Source of the DNA: an uncultured bacterium
GTDB taxonomy: Bacteria > Zhuqueibacterota > QNDG01 > CAYUAG01
Direction of reading: 5' to 3'
DNA length: 64,000 nucleotides
Assembly (NCBI GenBank): GCA_964515295.1
Contig: CAZETW010000003.1
Coordinates: 4,768-68,767 of the forward strand
The position numbers and the translations under genes are program-made. Positions 8,254 to 17,649 of this stretch are shown piece by piece. The notes under the pieces are model-generated. The model ran no database searches. It was given only the letters and a program-made list of their open reading frames with translations, and was not told the origin of the DNA. How positions within the stretch are numbered: position 1 is the stretch's first letter; the number at the start of each line of letters is the position of its first letter.

Positions 8254-10539
8254 ATGAATGAATTTGCAGAAGAATATTTAAATGAGGGACAATCTTTAAA
8301 TTTAGGTAAGTACTTCAGGGCGGTTAAAGAAAAATGGTGGTTAATAATTTTATTTACTGCAGTTATAGCAATACCATGGTATTTACATATTAGAAACCAA
8401 CCTCCTGTATATCAGGCAAAATCTTTAATTGAATTTAAAAATGTCAGAGAAGATATCTCTTTACAAAGCAGGATAATAAGACTGGAAAGCCGTCCAGTAA
8501 TGGAAGAAGTGGTTGCAGAATTGGGTTTAACCTTGGAACTGCCCAGTGAAAAAGGGGTTCAGTTGACAAGAGAACAAGTTTTTCAATATTTTACCACTGA
8601 CGAAGATGTTAAATCCGGGAAATATTTGATTAAATTTTATTCAAATGGATCTTTTTCGATATATCATGCAACCAACAGATTGGATAGTTTAAATAAAAAA
8701 TCCTTGCAGGATACATTGCGTTATAACGGAATGACCTTTGTTTTGAATCCAGAAGTTAGAAGAATGGAAACACTTGATTTTTTTATTAATTATTTTGATG
8801 CTACAGTGAATTCGTTACGATCCCGTTTACAATTCAGACCTGTCGGAGTGGGGAATATGTTAGTGATACTCCTTAAAGGGAGAGATCCTATCATCATCAG
8901 CAGAACTATAAATATGATTTCTAATATCTTTTCGGAAAAGAGCCGGAGGATCAATAAACAGCAGGATGATTTTGTCCTTGGTTATCTTCAACAACAGTGT
9001 GATATGGCCCAGGAAAAATTAAATCAATATGATTATCAATTAAGATCTTTTCGTAATAAGTACCCGGAAGGGCTGAATGAAGAAACTCAGAAGGTTTTAA
9101 ATGAATTAGATCAGCTTGAAACTGAAATAAGAAATATTGAATTAGATATTGATATGTTACAGACTTTTCTGAACCGGCTGGATCCTGCTCATGAAGATTT
9201 CGATCCTTCAATTTCTGCTCATAATATTTATAGGCAGATAACAAATCAGAGAAGTCTCGGGGATAATACTGCATTAGGTTTAATTAAAAGACAGTTGACT
9301 ACATTAGATGAAGAGAAAGCAAGATTGTTAGCCAGTGGCCGTCCTAGAGAAAATCCTGATGTCATTGAATTAAATAACGAAATATCCCGTTTAGAGGGGA
9401 AGGTTCATATAATAGCCCAGAAAGAAATTGAAGAATTAAAAAATGAATTAGGTGAAAAGAAACTGGAAAGACTGGAACAGGAAAATAAATTAGGTTATAT
9501 TCCAGATGAACAGCTTAGGGCGATAAAGTTGGAGAGAGAGAGAAGTGCTTCTGAAGATATTTATAGAATGCTTCTTAAAAGAACCCGCGAAGCGCAGATT
9601 AATCAAGCCGTAGAATCAGAAAGTGTGGTAGTACTGGAGCCAGCTGTGCCTCCCTCAAGTCCGAGAAGACAGGACAGTATGAAAAAAGTAGCTATGGGAT
9701 TAATGTTGGGGTTAGCTTTGGGTTTAGGAACAGTATTGCTCATAGAAGAGCTTAACAGGAACATTAAAACCAAGGAAGACGTGGCTAATTATTTAAAATT
9801 GGATATATTAGGGATTATTCCTCAGGTAAAGTTTGATGATAGATATCTGGAGGATTCAGAAAAAGCTAAAAGTATCAGTTCGCAAATAGTAACCCATGAT
9901 TATTCACCTACTCCAGTTGGTGAAGCATATCGTTCTTTAAGAACTAATATTCTTTTTTCCAGGAAATATGGATTTTTAAAAAGCCTTATCCTTGCCAGTG
10001 CTTCTCCTGGGGAAGGGAAATCATTTACAGCCACAAACTTAGCTATTGCCCTGGCACAGCAAAGATCTCATACATTACTTATTGATGCAGATTTAAGAAG
10101 AGGTGTGCTTCATAATATATTTAAAGTTCCTAAAAAACCTGGCTTAACCAACTATCTTACCGGAGTGAGTACAGTAAAAGAAGTGTTAAAGGAGACCTAT
10201 ATCCCAAATCTTTCATTAATAACCTGTGGCTCATTGATACCGAATCCTTCTGAATTATTAGGTTCAGGGAAAATGAAGAATTTTATTAAGAATTTACGTG
10301 AACATTTTGATCATATAATATTTGACACCTGTCCTTTAAATGCAGCTACTGATGCCGTTGTATTAGGATCTTTTGTTGAAGGTGTTGCAGTAATAGTACG
10401 TGCTAATGAAACAGATCGGGATAGCATCAATAACAAAATCAGTCTTTTTAACAAGGTCCATGCTAATGTAATTGGTGTAATACTAAATTGTGCTGGAGTT
10501 GAATTAGCCCACGAAGGATATAGTTATTATAGATATTAG
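8254..10539 (+). CDS. wzc: polysaccharide co-polymerase / BY-family tyrosine kinase (Wzc-like)
   Basis: 761 aa; N-terminal Wzz-like chain-length-determinant domain with TM and long coiled coil; C-terminal P-loop ASASPGEGKSF, DADLRRG, and Tyr-rich tail EGYSYYRY. Confidence 0.9.
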   Translation: MNEFAEEYLNEGQSLNLGKYFRAVKEKWWLIILFTAVIAIPWYLHIRNQPPVYQAKSLIEFKNVREDISLQSRIIRLESRPVMEEVVAELGLTLELPSEKGVQLTREQVFQYFTTDEDVKSGKYLIKFYSNGSFSIYHATNRLDSLNKKSLQDTLRYNGMTFVLNPEVRRMETLDFFINYFDATVNSLRSRLQFRPVGVGNMLVILLKGRDPIIISRTINMISNIFSEKSRRINKQQDDFVLGYLQQQCDMAQEKLNQYDYQLRSFRNKYPEGLNEETQKVLNELDQLETEIRNIELDIDMLQTFLNRLDPAHEDFDPSISAHNIYRQITNQRSLGDNTALGLIKRQLTTLDEEKARLLASGRPRENPDVIELNNEISRLEGKVHIIAQKEIEELKNELGEKKLERLEQENKLGYIPDEQLRAIKLERERSASEDIYRMLLKRTREAQINQAVESESVVVLEPAVPPSSPRRQDSMKKVAMGLMLGLALGLGTVLLIEELNRNIKTKEDVANYLKLDILGIIPQVKFDDRYLEDSEKAKSISSQIVTHDYSPTPVGEAYRSLRTNILFSRKYGFLKSLILASASPGEGKSFTATNLAIALAQQRSHTLLIDADLRRGVLHNIFKVPKKPGLTNYLTGVSTVKEVLKETYIPNLSLITCGSLIPNPSELLGSGKMKNFIKNLREHFDHIIFDTCPLNAATDAVVLGSFVEGVAVIVRANETDRDSINNKISLFNKVHANVIGVILNCAGVELAHEGYSYYRY

Positions 10540-10550
10540 GAATTTAATAT

Positions 10551-11513
10551 ATGAAATTTTTGGTAACTGGTGGAGCTGGATTCATAGGATCACATCTTAA
10601 TGAGCATCTGATAAAAGATACTAATAGTGTTGTATGTCTGGATAATTTTGATCCCTTTTATGATCCAAAAATTAAGTATGAGAATATAAAAAAGATAAAA
10701 TGTCACCCGAATTTTAGATTAGTAGAGGGTGATATATTAGATTGGAAATTATTAGATCAATTATTTAAAGGTAATAAATTTGATGTTGTTGTGCATCTGG
10801 CAGCAAGAGCAGGTGTTCTTCCTTCCATTCAAAATCCAAGGTTATATCAGAAAGTGAATATTGAGGGAACTGTTAATCTCCTGGAGTTAAGCTGTCAATA
10901 TACGGTCGGTAAATTTATTTTTGCTTCTTCATCTTCAGTATATGGAAATAATACAAAAGTACCTTTTTCAGAAAATGATCCAGTGGATCATCCCATTTCT
11001 CCCTATGCTGCCACTAAGAAAGCAGGCGAGCTTATTGCTCATACCTTTTCTTCTTTATATGATTTACCGGTTACCTGTTTGAGATTTTTTACTGTATATG
11101 GGCCAAGACAACGTCCAGATATGGCAATACATAAATTTACCAGATTAATTGATAAAGGGAAAACAATACCAGTTTATGGTAATGGTAAAAGCCGAAGAGA
11201 TTATACGTATATTGATGATATAATATCAGGTATCCTGCTTTCAATCGAAAAGTGTAAAGGGTTTAATATATTTAATTTAGGAGAATCGCAGACAATTGAA
11301 TTAAATAACCTGATCAAGCTGATCGAGGATGGATTAAACAAGAAAGCAAAAATTGAACGGTTATCTGAACAAGCGGGGGACATGAAAAAAACATATGCAG
11401 ATATAACTAAAGCCACAAAAGAACTGGGATATATACCTTCTTTTTCTATTGAAAATGGAATAAATGAATTCATTACTTGGTACAGGGATGTTCATGAAAT
11501 GGACACAGATTAA
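10551..11513 (+). CDS. NAD-dependent nucleotide-sugar epimerase (UDP-glucuronate 4-epimerase-like)
   Basis: 320 aa; TGGAGFIGSHL Rossmann motif, YAATKKAGE catalytic YxxxK; RBS-ATG immediately after wzc. Confidence 0.8.
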   Translation: MKFLVTGGAGFIGSHLNEHLIKDTNSVVCLDNFDPFYDPKIKYENIKKIKCHPNFRLVEGDILDWKLLDQLFKGNKFDVVVHLAARAGVLPSIQNPRLYQKVNIEGTVNLLELSCQYTVGKFIFASSSSVYGNNTKVPFSENDPVDHPISPYAATKKAGELIAHTFSSLYDLPVTCLRFFTVYGPRQRPDMAIHKFTRLIDKGKTIPVYGNGKSRRDYTYIDDIISGILLSIEKCKGFNIFNLGESQTIELNNLIKLIEDGLNKKAKIERLSEQAGDMKKTYADITKATKELGYIPSFSIENGINEFITWYRDVHEMDTD

Positions 11514-12207
11514 AAATTTTTTTGATCCTCAATATGAAGATAATGCCTGGGGGAAATGGATAGAATGTAATAAAAAGTATATTCACGATAAAGAAAATTT
11601 GTTGATCTTAGATGCTGGCTGCGGTACTGGTTTTGGATCAGCATTGAGAAAATTTAAATCAATAGAAAAAATTGGTTGTGATATTGACAAAAATTTAGCA
11701 AGTAAAAAATATCTTGATTTCTGGGTTTGTTGTTCAATTGAAAAGTTATGTTTTAAAAAAAATATTTTTCAGGCAGTAACCTGTAACTGGGTTTTAGAAC
11801 ATGTAAAAAATCCTAAGATGACTATTGAAGAAATCAACAGGACCATTGACAGGGGTGGATATTTTATATTTCGTACTCCAAATATTTTTAATTATGCTAT
11901 ATTGTTATCATATATAACATCAGTTAGATTTCATAATTTTTTTCGTAATTTGAACAGTAAGCAAGAAAATGGGAATGCTGATAATGTTCCTACTTATTAT
12001 TACGCAAATACTAAGTACCGATTACAAAAATACCTGAAAAACTCAGGATTTGAAATTGTTGATATATATTATCAGGGAACAGCAAGTGAATATCTCACCT
12101 TTTCTCCATTATTGTATGGTATGGGGAAGATTGGTGATTTAATTACAAATTTATTTTTCCTTCGTTGGTTAAAAAAAAATATAGTATGTGTTGCAAAAAA
12201 AAAATGA
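11464..12207 (+). CDS. class I SAM-dependent methyltransferase
   Basis: 247 aa; motif I LDAGCGTGFG; overlaps 3' end of upstream epimerase (true start may be ATG at 11488/11494). Confidence 0.75.
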   Translation: MNSLLGTGMFMKWTQIKNFFDPQYEDNAWGKWIECNKKYIHDKENLLILDAGCGTGFGSALRKFKSIEKIGCDIDKNLASKKYLDFWVCCSIEKLCFKKNIFQAVTCNWVLEHVKNPKMTIEEINRTIDRGGYFIFRTPNIFNYAILLSYITSVRFHNFFRNLNSKQENGNADNVPTYYYANTKYRLQKYLKNSGFEIVDIYYQGTASEYLTFSPLLYGMGKIGDLITNLFFLRWLKKNIVCVAKKK

Positions 12208-12233
12208 ACATTTATTGAGTGTATTATTAGACC

Positions 12234-13667
12234 ATGATTAGAGAAAAAGAAATATTTTTAATACGGTTAATGAAGTTTGTTGACGGACTAATTATAGTTT
12301 TTTCATTTTTAATTTCTTATGTGATAACTACTGAGCTCCGAAAATCTTTAGGGCTATCTTATTGGATGAATTTTGGCAGTTTTGTTCAGAATTTTCTTTT
12401 AGTCGGGATTTTGTCGATACCAATATGGATTATTACTATGTCCTATTACCGGGTTTATAAAAATTTTCGTACCATATCATTTTCTATTGTCATATGGAAT
12501 CTTATAAAATCAAGTGTATTAACACTTGTTTTTCTCGGGAGCATAACATTTATAATCAAAATGGAATTTGCCAGTCGATCCTATATTGCTGGATATGTTA
12601 TTATTACTGGAGTATTATTGACTTTAGAAAAATTTATAATCAGAAAAATATTAAATGTTATATATCGCAGTGGTCATAATCTTATAAATTTACTTATTGT
12701 TGGGACCGGAAGAAGAGCCCGGGGATTTATTAGTATTGTCAATGAACATAAAAACTGGGGATTGCAGATTGTCGGTCTTATAGATGATGATCCTAAATTT
12801 TTAGGTAAAAAAATCATGAATTATGAGATTATAGGCAGAATAAGAGATATTCCCCGGTTATTAAGAGAATTAGTTGTGGATCAGGTGGTTTTTGTGGTTC
12901 CCAGGATGTGGCTCAATCGTATTGAAAAAATTATTTTTCATTGTGAGAATGAGGGAGTAAGCACAGCAGTTTCACTGGATCTCTATAATCCTAAGTTTGC
13001 TCAAATGCGGATATCAAGCTTAGCTGAAGTTCCTCTGTTGATCTTTCATACCTCCATCGCAAAAGAATGGCAGTTATTTTTCAAGAGATCTATTGATTTA
13101 ATTATATCTTTTATATTTCTCATACTTATGTTCCCATTATTCATTCTCATTTCGGTCATCATTAAGTTAACCTCAAAAGGTCCTGTATTTTTTCGTCAGA
13201 TACGGAGTGGAAAATACGGCAGAAAATTTATACTGTATAAATTCAGGTCAATGTATGTCGGAGCTGAGAATCAGAGAGAATTATTGGATAAAAAAAATGA
13301 AATGAACGGACCCGTATTTAAAATGAAAAAAGATCCTCGTTGTACGAAATTTGGGAAATTCATGAGAAGATTCAGTATAGATGAGTTACCTCAGTTTTTT
13401 AATATTCTAAAAGGTGATATGAGTCTGGTAGGACCTCGTCCTCCCATTCCTTCAGAAGTAAATAATTATGAAACCTGGCAGAGACGACGTTTGAGTATGA
13501 AGCCGGGTTTAACCTGTATATGGCAGGTAAGTGGAAGAAATGAAGTGGATTTTGAAGAATGGATGGAAATGGATCTGAAATATATTGATAATTTTTCTTT
13601 ATGGTTGGATTTTAAAATTTTAATTCGTACTTTTTTTGTTGTTATTACCGGTTATGGTGCAGCATAA
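12234..13667 (+). CDS. polyprenyl-phosphate glycosylphosphotransferase (WbaP/WcaJ-like initiating sugar transferase)
   Basis: 477 aa; 4-5 N-terminal TM helices, Rossmann-like middle, C-terminal Bac_transf domain (FRSMY...DELPQFFNILKGDMSLVGPRP...KPGLTCIWQVSGR). Confidence 0.9.
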   Translation: MIREKEIFLIRLMKFVDGLIIVFSFLISYVITTELRKSLGLSYWMNFGSFVQNFLLVGILSIPIWIITMSYYRVYKNFRTISFSIVIWNLIKSSVLTLVFLGSITFIIKMEFASRSYIAGYVIITGVLLTLEKFIIRKILNVIYRSGHNLINLLIVGTGRRARGFISIVNEHKNWGLQIVGLIDDDPKFLGKKIMNYEIIGRIRDIPRLLRELVVDQVVFVVPRMWLNRIEKIIFHCENEGVSTAVSLDLYNPKFAQMRISSLAEVPLLIFHTSIAKEWQLFFKRSIDLIISFIFLILMFPLFILISVIIKLTSKGPVFFRQIRSGKYGRKFILYKFRSMYVGAENQRELLDKKNEMNGPVFKMKKDPRCTKFGKFMRRFSIDELPQFFNILKGDMSLVGPRPPIPSEVNNYETWQRRRLSMKPGLTCIWQVSGRNEVDFEEWMEMDLKYIDNFSLWLDFKILIRTFFVVITGYGAA

Positions 13668-13689
13668 TAAATAGTTGTGATGCTGATAT

Positions 13690-14865
13690 ATGAAAATATT
13701 GATGATTGCTCCTGAGCCAATTTTTGAACCAAGAGGTACACCTCTGAGTGTGGTCGGGCGCCTTAAAACATTATCTGATTTAGGTCATAAAGTTGATTTA
13801 TTAACATACTCCATAGGAGAAGATGTTGTTATTCCTGGTGTGAGTATATTTCGTATTCCTAAAATACCAGGTATCAGTAAAATAAAAATTGGACCTTCTT
13901 TTAAGAAAATCCCTCTGGATTTTCTTTTGTTTATTAAAACATGTATACATTTATTTAGATATAACTATCAGCTAATTCACACTCATGAGGAAGCAGGATT
14001 CTGGGGGACATTTTTAGCCAGAGTATTCAGACTTCCTCATATTTATGATATGCACTCCAGTCTTCCCCAGCAATTAAAGAATTTTCATTTTACAAATTCA
14101 AATATAATCATGCAAATATTTATAGCCATTGAACGCTGGGTTTTACGGTATTCCAGCAGAGTGATTACAATATGTCCTGATCTTTATGAGCTGGTTAAAA
14201 AAAATTTTCCGGAACAGAGTTCTGTGTTAATTGAAAATGTTATTGACTACAGTATGATTTTTGGAGAAGATGATGTGAGCTGGCAAATTAAAAATCAGCT
14301 GGAATTGGATAAAAAGAAGATACTTCTCTATACCGGAACCTTTGAACCGTATCAGGGTCTTGATCTTTTAATTAAGAGTGCCGAAAAGGTAGTTGCAATA
14401 AAAAAAAATGTATTGTTTCTATTGGTAGGAGGACATAAAGAACAGGTGGCATTCTATAAGAGGATGGTACAAAAAATGGGATTGGATGATCACTTTATTT
14501 TTACCGGACAGGTAACCCCGAATCAGGTGAACAGTTATATCCGTTTTGCTGATATTTTATTGTCACCGAGGACTAAAGGGACCAACACTCCCTTAAAGAT
14601 TTATAGTTATCTTCGTTCAGGTGTACCTGTAGTAGCAACCAATTTACTTACTCATACCCAGGTTTTGAATTCAGATGTTGCCTTTCTCTGTGACCCTGAT
14701 CCTGATAATTTTGCTAAAGGGATCATACATGCATTAAGAGAATCTTCCCGGGCAGAACTTATTGCGATGAATGCTGTAAAGCTTGCAGAAGAAAATTATA
14801 GTTACCAGGTATATAAAGAAAAGTTAAAGCGTGCATTATCTGAGGCTATAGAAAGGGCTGCTTAA
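13690..14865 (+). CDS. glycosyltransferase family 4 (GT-B)
   Basis: 391 aa; GT4 N- and C-domain pattern (EPYQGLDLLI..., E-x7-E-like region). Confidence 0.8.
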   Translation: MKILMIAPEPIFEPRGTPLSVVGRLKTLSDLGHKVDLLTYSIGEDVVIPGVSIFRIPKIPGISKIKIGPSFKKIPLDFLLFIKTCIHLFRYNYQLIHTHEEAGFWGTFLARVFRLPHIYDMHSSLPQQLKNFHFTNSNIIMQIFIAIERWVLRYSSRVITICPDLYELVKKNFPEQSSVLIENVIDYSMIFGEDDVSWQIKNQLELDKKKILLYTGTFEPYQGLDLLIKSAEKVVAIKKNVLFLLVGGHKEQVAFYKRMVQKMGLDDHFIFTGQVTPNQVNSYIRFADILLSPRTKGTNTPLKIYSYLRSGVPVVATNLLTHTQVLNSDVAFLCDPDPDNFAKGIIHALRESSRAELIAMNAVKLAEENYSYQVYKEKLKRALSEAIERAA

Positions 14866-16742
14866 TGTGTGGTATTTGTGGAATTCTCTATAAGGATGGA
14901 CAAAGAGCCCCGCAAAAGCAGACTTTGCAGGCTATGAACAATACAATTATTCACAGGGGGCCTGATGATGAAGGTATGAAGATGTTCTCTTCTGTGGGAC
15001 TTGCAATGCGCCGTCTGTCCATTATAGATCTTAAAACCGGACATCAGCCCTTGAGTAATGAAGATGATACTGCAACAGTGGTTTTTAATGGTGAAATTTA
15101 TAATTTTTTAGTGTTAAAGAAGCAGCTGCAGCAACTTGGCCATAGGTTTAGAACTTCAACTGATACAGAAGTAATTATACATGGATATGAAGAATGGGGG
15201 GAGGATGTATGTGAAAAGATGAACGGGATGTTTGCTTTTGCTATCTGGGATAAGAAAAAAAATAAATTAATGCTGGCGCGGGACAGAATTGGGATTAAAC
15301 CGCTTTATTATTATCAGGATAATGAGAAACTGGTTTTTGGTTCTGAAATCAAAACGATCCTGCAATGCCCTGAGATTAACAAAACCATAGATTGGGTTGC
15401 TGTAAATAATTTTTTAACATTCGAATATATACCTTCTCCCAGATCAATTTTTAAACATATCCGTAAATTAGAACCAGGACACTGGTTAACCTGGAACAGG
15501 AGAAACATAATAAATAAATCCTATTGGGATTTTACCCCTCAACAAAAATCCTGGGATGAGAGAAGTGCTCAGCAAAGACTGCAGGAGATCATGAAAGATT
15601 CTGTCCGGTTGCGGCTGATATCAGATGTTCCGCTGGGTGCTTTTTTGTCAGGAGGCATTGATTCCTCTATTACAGTGGCCAATATGGCTCAGCTTATGGA
15701 TACACCAGTAAAAACATTTTCCATAGGTTTTAAGGAATCCTCCTATAATGAATTAAAGTATGCCAGGGCTGTGGCTGAAAAGTATAACACCGAACATCAT
15801 GAATTTACCCTGGAAGCCAATGCTTTGGAATTGACGGAAAAGCTGGTAAAGCAATTTGATGAACCGTTTGGTGATTTTTCTATTTTTCCTACATATCTGG
15901 TCTCAAAAATAGCCAGAGATTTTGTAAAAGTAACCCTTTCCGGAGATGGCGGAGATGAGTTATTTGCCGGGTATGATACCTATCGAGCCCATATCTTTGC
16001 TCAGAATATTTATAAATGGATACCGGGAAAGGGCTTATTTAATTCCCTGGCAAAGAAAATCCCTCCTACAGAAAAGAAAAAAGGAGTGATCAACAGTTTT
16101 AAACGGTTTGTCCAGGGCACATGGCTTCCGCAGAATTTATATCATACCCGCTGGATGATATTTCTGCACCAGCAGGAAAGAGATCGACTTTTGAGCAGTG
16201 ATATTTTAAATGAGATTTCTGAATATCAACCTTATGATTTTATATATCGGTATGCTGATCAGCTAGATGAGGATACCGATGATATCACCAGAACCGGGTT
16301 TATAGATTTAAAAACCTATCTGGTAGACAATATTCTGGTAAAGGTTGACCGAATGTCCATGGCAAATTCACTTGAAACCAGAGTGCCTTTTCTGGATCAT
16401 CGAATGGTTGAATTTGCATTCTCACTTCCTCCGCACTTAAAAATGAAACTGTTTAAAACCAAGTATATTTTAAATAAAACTTTCTGGAATTATCTTCCCA
16501 AAGAAGTACAAAACAGAGATAAACAGGGGTTCAGTATTCCGATAAAAAATTGGATACGGGGAGATCTAAAACCCATGATGACTGATTTACTCAGTGAGTC
16601 CAGAATAAAACAACAGGGTTTTTTTAAACCAGAACATGTTGCTGGTTTAATGGATGAACACATAAAAGGTAAAGAAAATCATAGTCATATATTATGGGCA
16701 TTGATGTTTTTTCAACAGTGGTATGATCTATACGGTAAATAA
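14865..16742 (+). CDS. asparagine synthetase (glutamine-hydrolysing)-family amidotransferase
   Basis: 625 aa; starts MCGICGI (Ntn Cys2), PP-loop SGGIDSS in C-terminal synthetase domain. Confidence 0.9.
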   Translation: MCGICGILYKDGQRAPQKQTLQAMNNTIIHRGPDDEGMKMFSSVGLAMRRLSIIDLKTGHQPLSNEDDTATVVFNGEIYNFLVLKKQLQQLGHRFRTSTDTEVIIHGYEEWGEDVCEKMNGMFAFAIWDKKKNKLMLARDRIGIKPLYYYQDNEKLVFGSEIKTILQCPEINKTIDWVAVNNFLTFEYIPSPRSIFKHIRKLEPGHWLTWNRRNIINKSYWDFTPQQKSWDERSAQQRLQEIMKDSVRLRLISDVPLGAFLSGGIDSSITVANMAQLMDTPVKTFSIGFKESSYNELKYARAVAEKYNTEHHEFTLEANALELTEKLVKQFDEPFGDFSIFPTYLVSKIARDFVKVTLSGDGGDELFAGYDTYRAHIFAQNIYKWIPGKGLFNSLAKKIPPTEKKKGVINSFKRFVQGTWLPQNLYHTRWMIFLHQQERDRLLSSDILNEISEYQPYDFIYRYADQLDEDTDDITRTGFIDLKTYLVDNILVKVDRMSMANSLETRVPFLDHRMVEFAFSLPPHLKMKLFKTKYILNKTFWNYLPKEVQNRDKQGFSIPIKNWIRGDLKPMMTDLLSESRIKQQGFFKPEHVAGLMDEHIKGKENHSHILWALMFFQQWYDLYGK

Positions 16743-16783
16743 TTTTTGATGAGAAGTATTACAATAATAAAAAAGAGGTAATA

Positions 16784-17560
16784 ATGAAAGCAGAGGAAAA
16801 CAGTACATTACTCAATGAGATCAGAAAATACTGGAATGAGCATATTCATGATTTAGAGATCGTTAAGCATCAGATTGGATCTAAAGGTTTTTTTGAAGAT
16901 CTGGATGAGTACAGATTTGATAAACTCCGATATCTTCCCCAGGTTGTTGATTTTAATGGATACAAGGGAAAGAAAGTTCTTGAAATCGGATGTGGGGCAG
17001 GTATTGATCTGATACGGTTTGCCAGGGGAGGTGCGCAGGTGACAGGTGTTGATATTTCAGAGACTGCTATAGATCTGGCAAAAAAGAATTTTAAAATTAA
17101 CGGACTAAAAGCAGATCTGCAGGTGATGAACGGGGAAGCACTTGATTTCAAAGATAATAGTTTTGATCTGGTTTATGTTCACGGGGTTCTTCAGTATACA
17201 GCAGACAGCAGAAAAATGGCTGAAGAATCATTTAGAGTGTTAAAAAAGGGCGGGGAATTTATAGGGATGGTGTATAATCGTAAAGGATGGCTTAATACTT
17301 TATCAAAGTTGATGAAAGTTGGCCTGGAACACGAAGATGCCCCGGTGCTTGACATGTATACTATAGATGAATTTAAAAAAATGCTGTCTGAATTCAGCGA
17401 AATAAAGATAGTGCCAGAACGGTTTCCGGTCAAGACCCGTCTGCATAAAGGCATAAAAGCATTTCTTTTTAATACAATATTTGTTAATATGTTTAATCTT
17501 ATTCCCCGAAGTCTGGTTAGACCGTGGGGATGGCATATAATGGCCTTTTGTATTAAATGA
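16784..17560 (+). CDS. class I SAM-dependent methyltransferase
   Basis: 258 aa; motif I VLEIGCGAGIDL, motif post-I VTGVDISE. Confidence 0.8.
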   Translation: MKAEENSTLLNEIRKYWNEHIHDLEIVKHQIGSKGFFEDLDEYRFDKLRYLPQVVDFNGYKGKKVLEIGCGAGIDLIRFARGGAQVTGVDISETAIDLAKKNFKINGLKADLQVMNGEALDFKDNSFDLVYVHGVLQYTADSRKMAEESFRVLKKGGEFIGMVYNRKGWLNTLSKLMKVGLEHEDAPVLDMYTIDEFKKMLSEFSEIKIVPERFPVKTRLHKGIKAFLFNTIFVNMFNLIPRSLVRPWGWHIMAFCIK

Positions 17561-17649
17561 TCATACTGCTTTTTTTTTGATAAAATATTTGTTATATTCA
17601 TTACATTAATAAAAATAAATAAAAATGAATTTTAAACAGAAGTGAGTAT

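Noticed and set aside
4698-14408. Homopolymeric A9-A10 tracts inside coding sequences (e.g. 4698-4706, 5187-5195, 12190-12198, 14400-14408) as possible phase-variation switches
   Set aside because: The genome is very AT-rich and Lys (AAA) codon runs produce such tracts by composition alone; no evidence of length heterogeneity is available from a single sequence. Kept only as a caveat.
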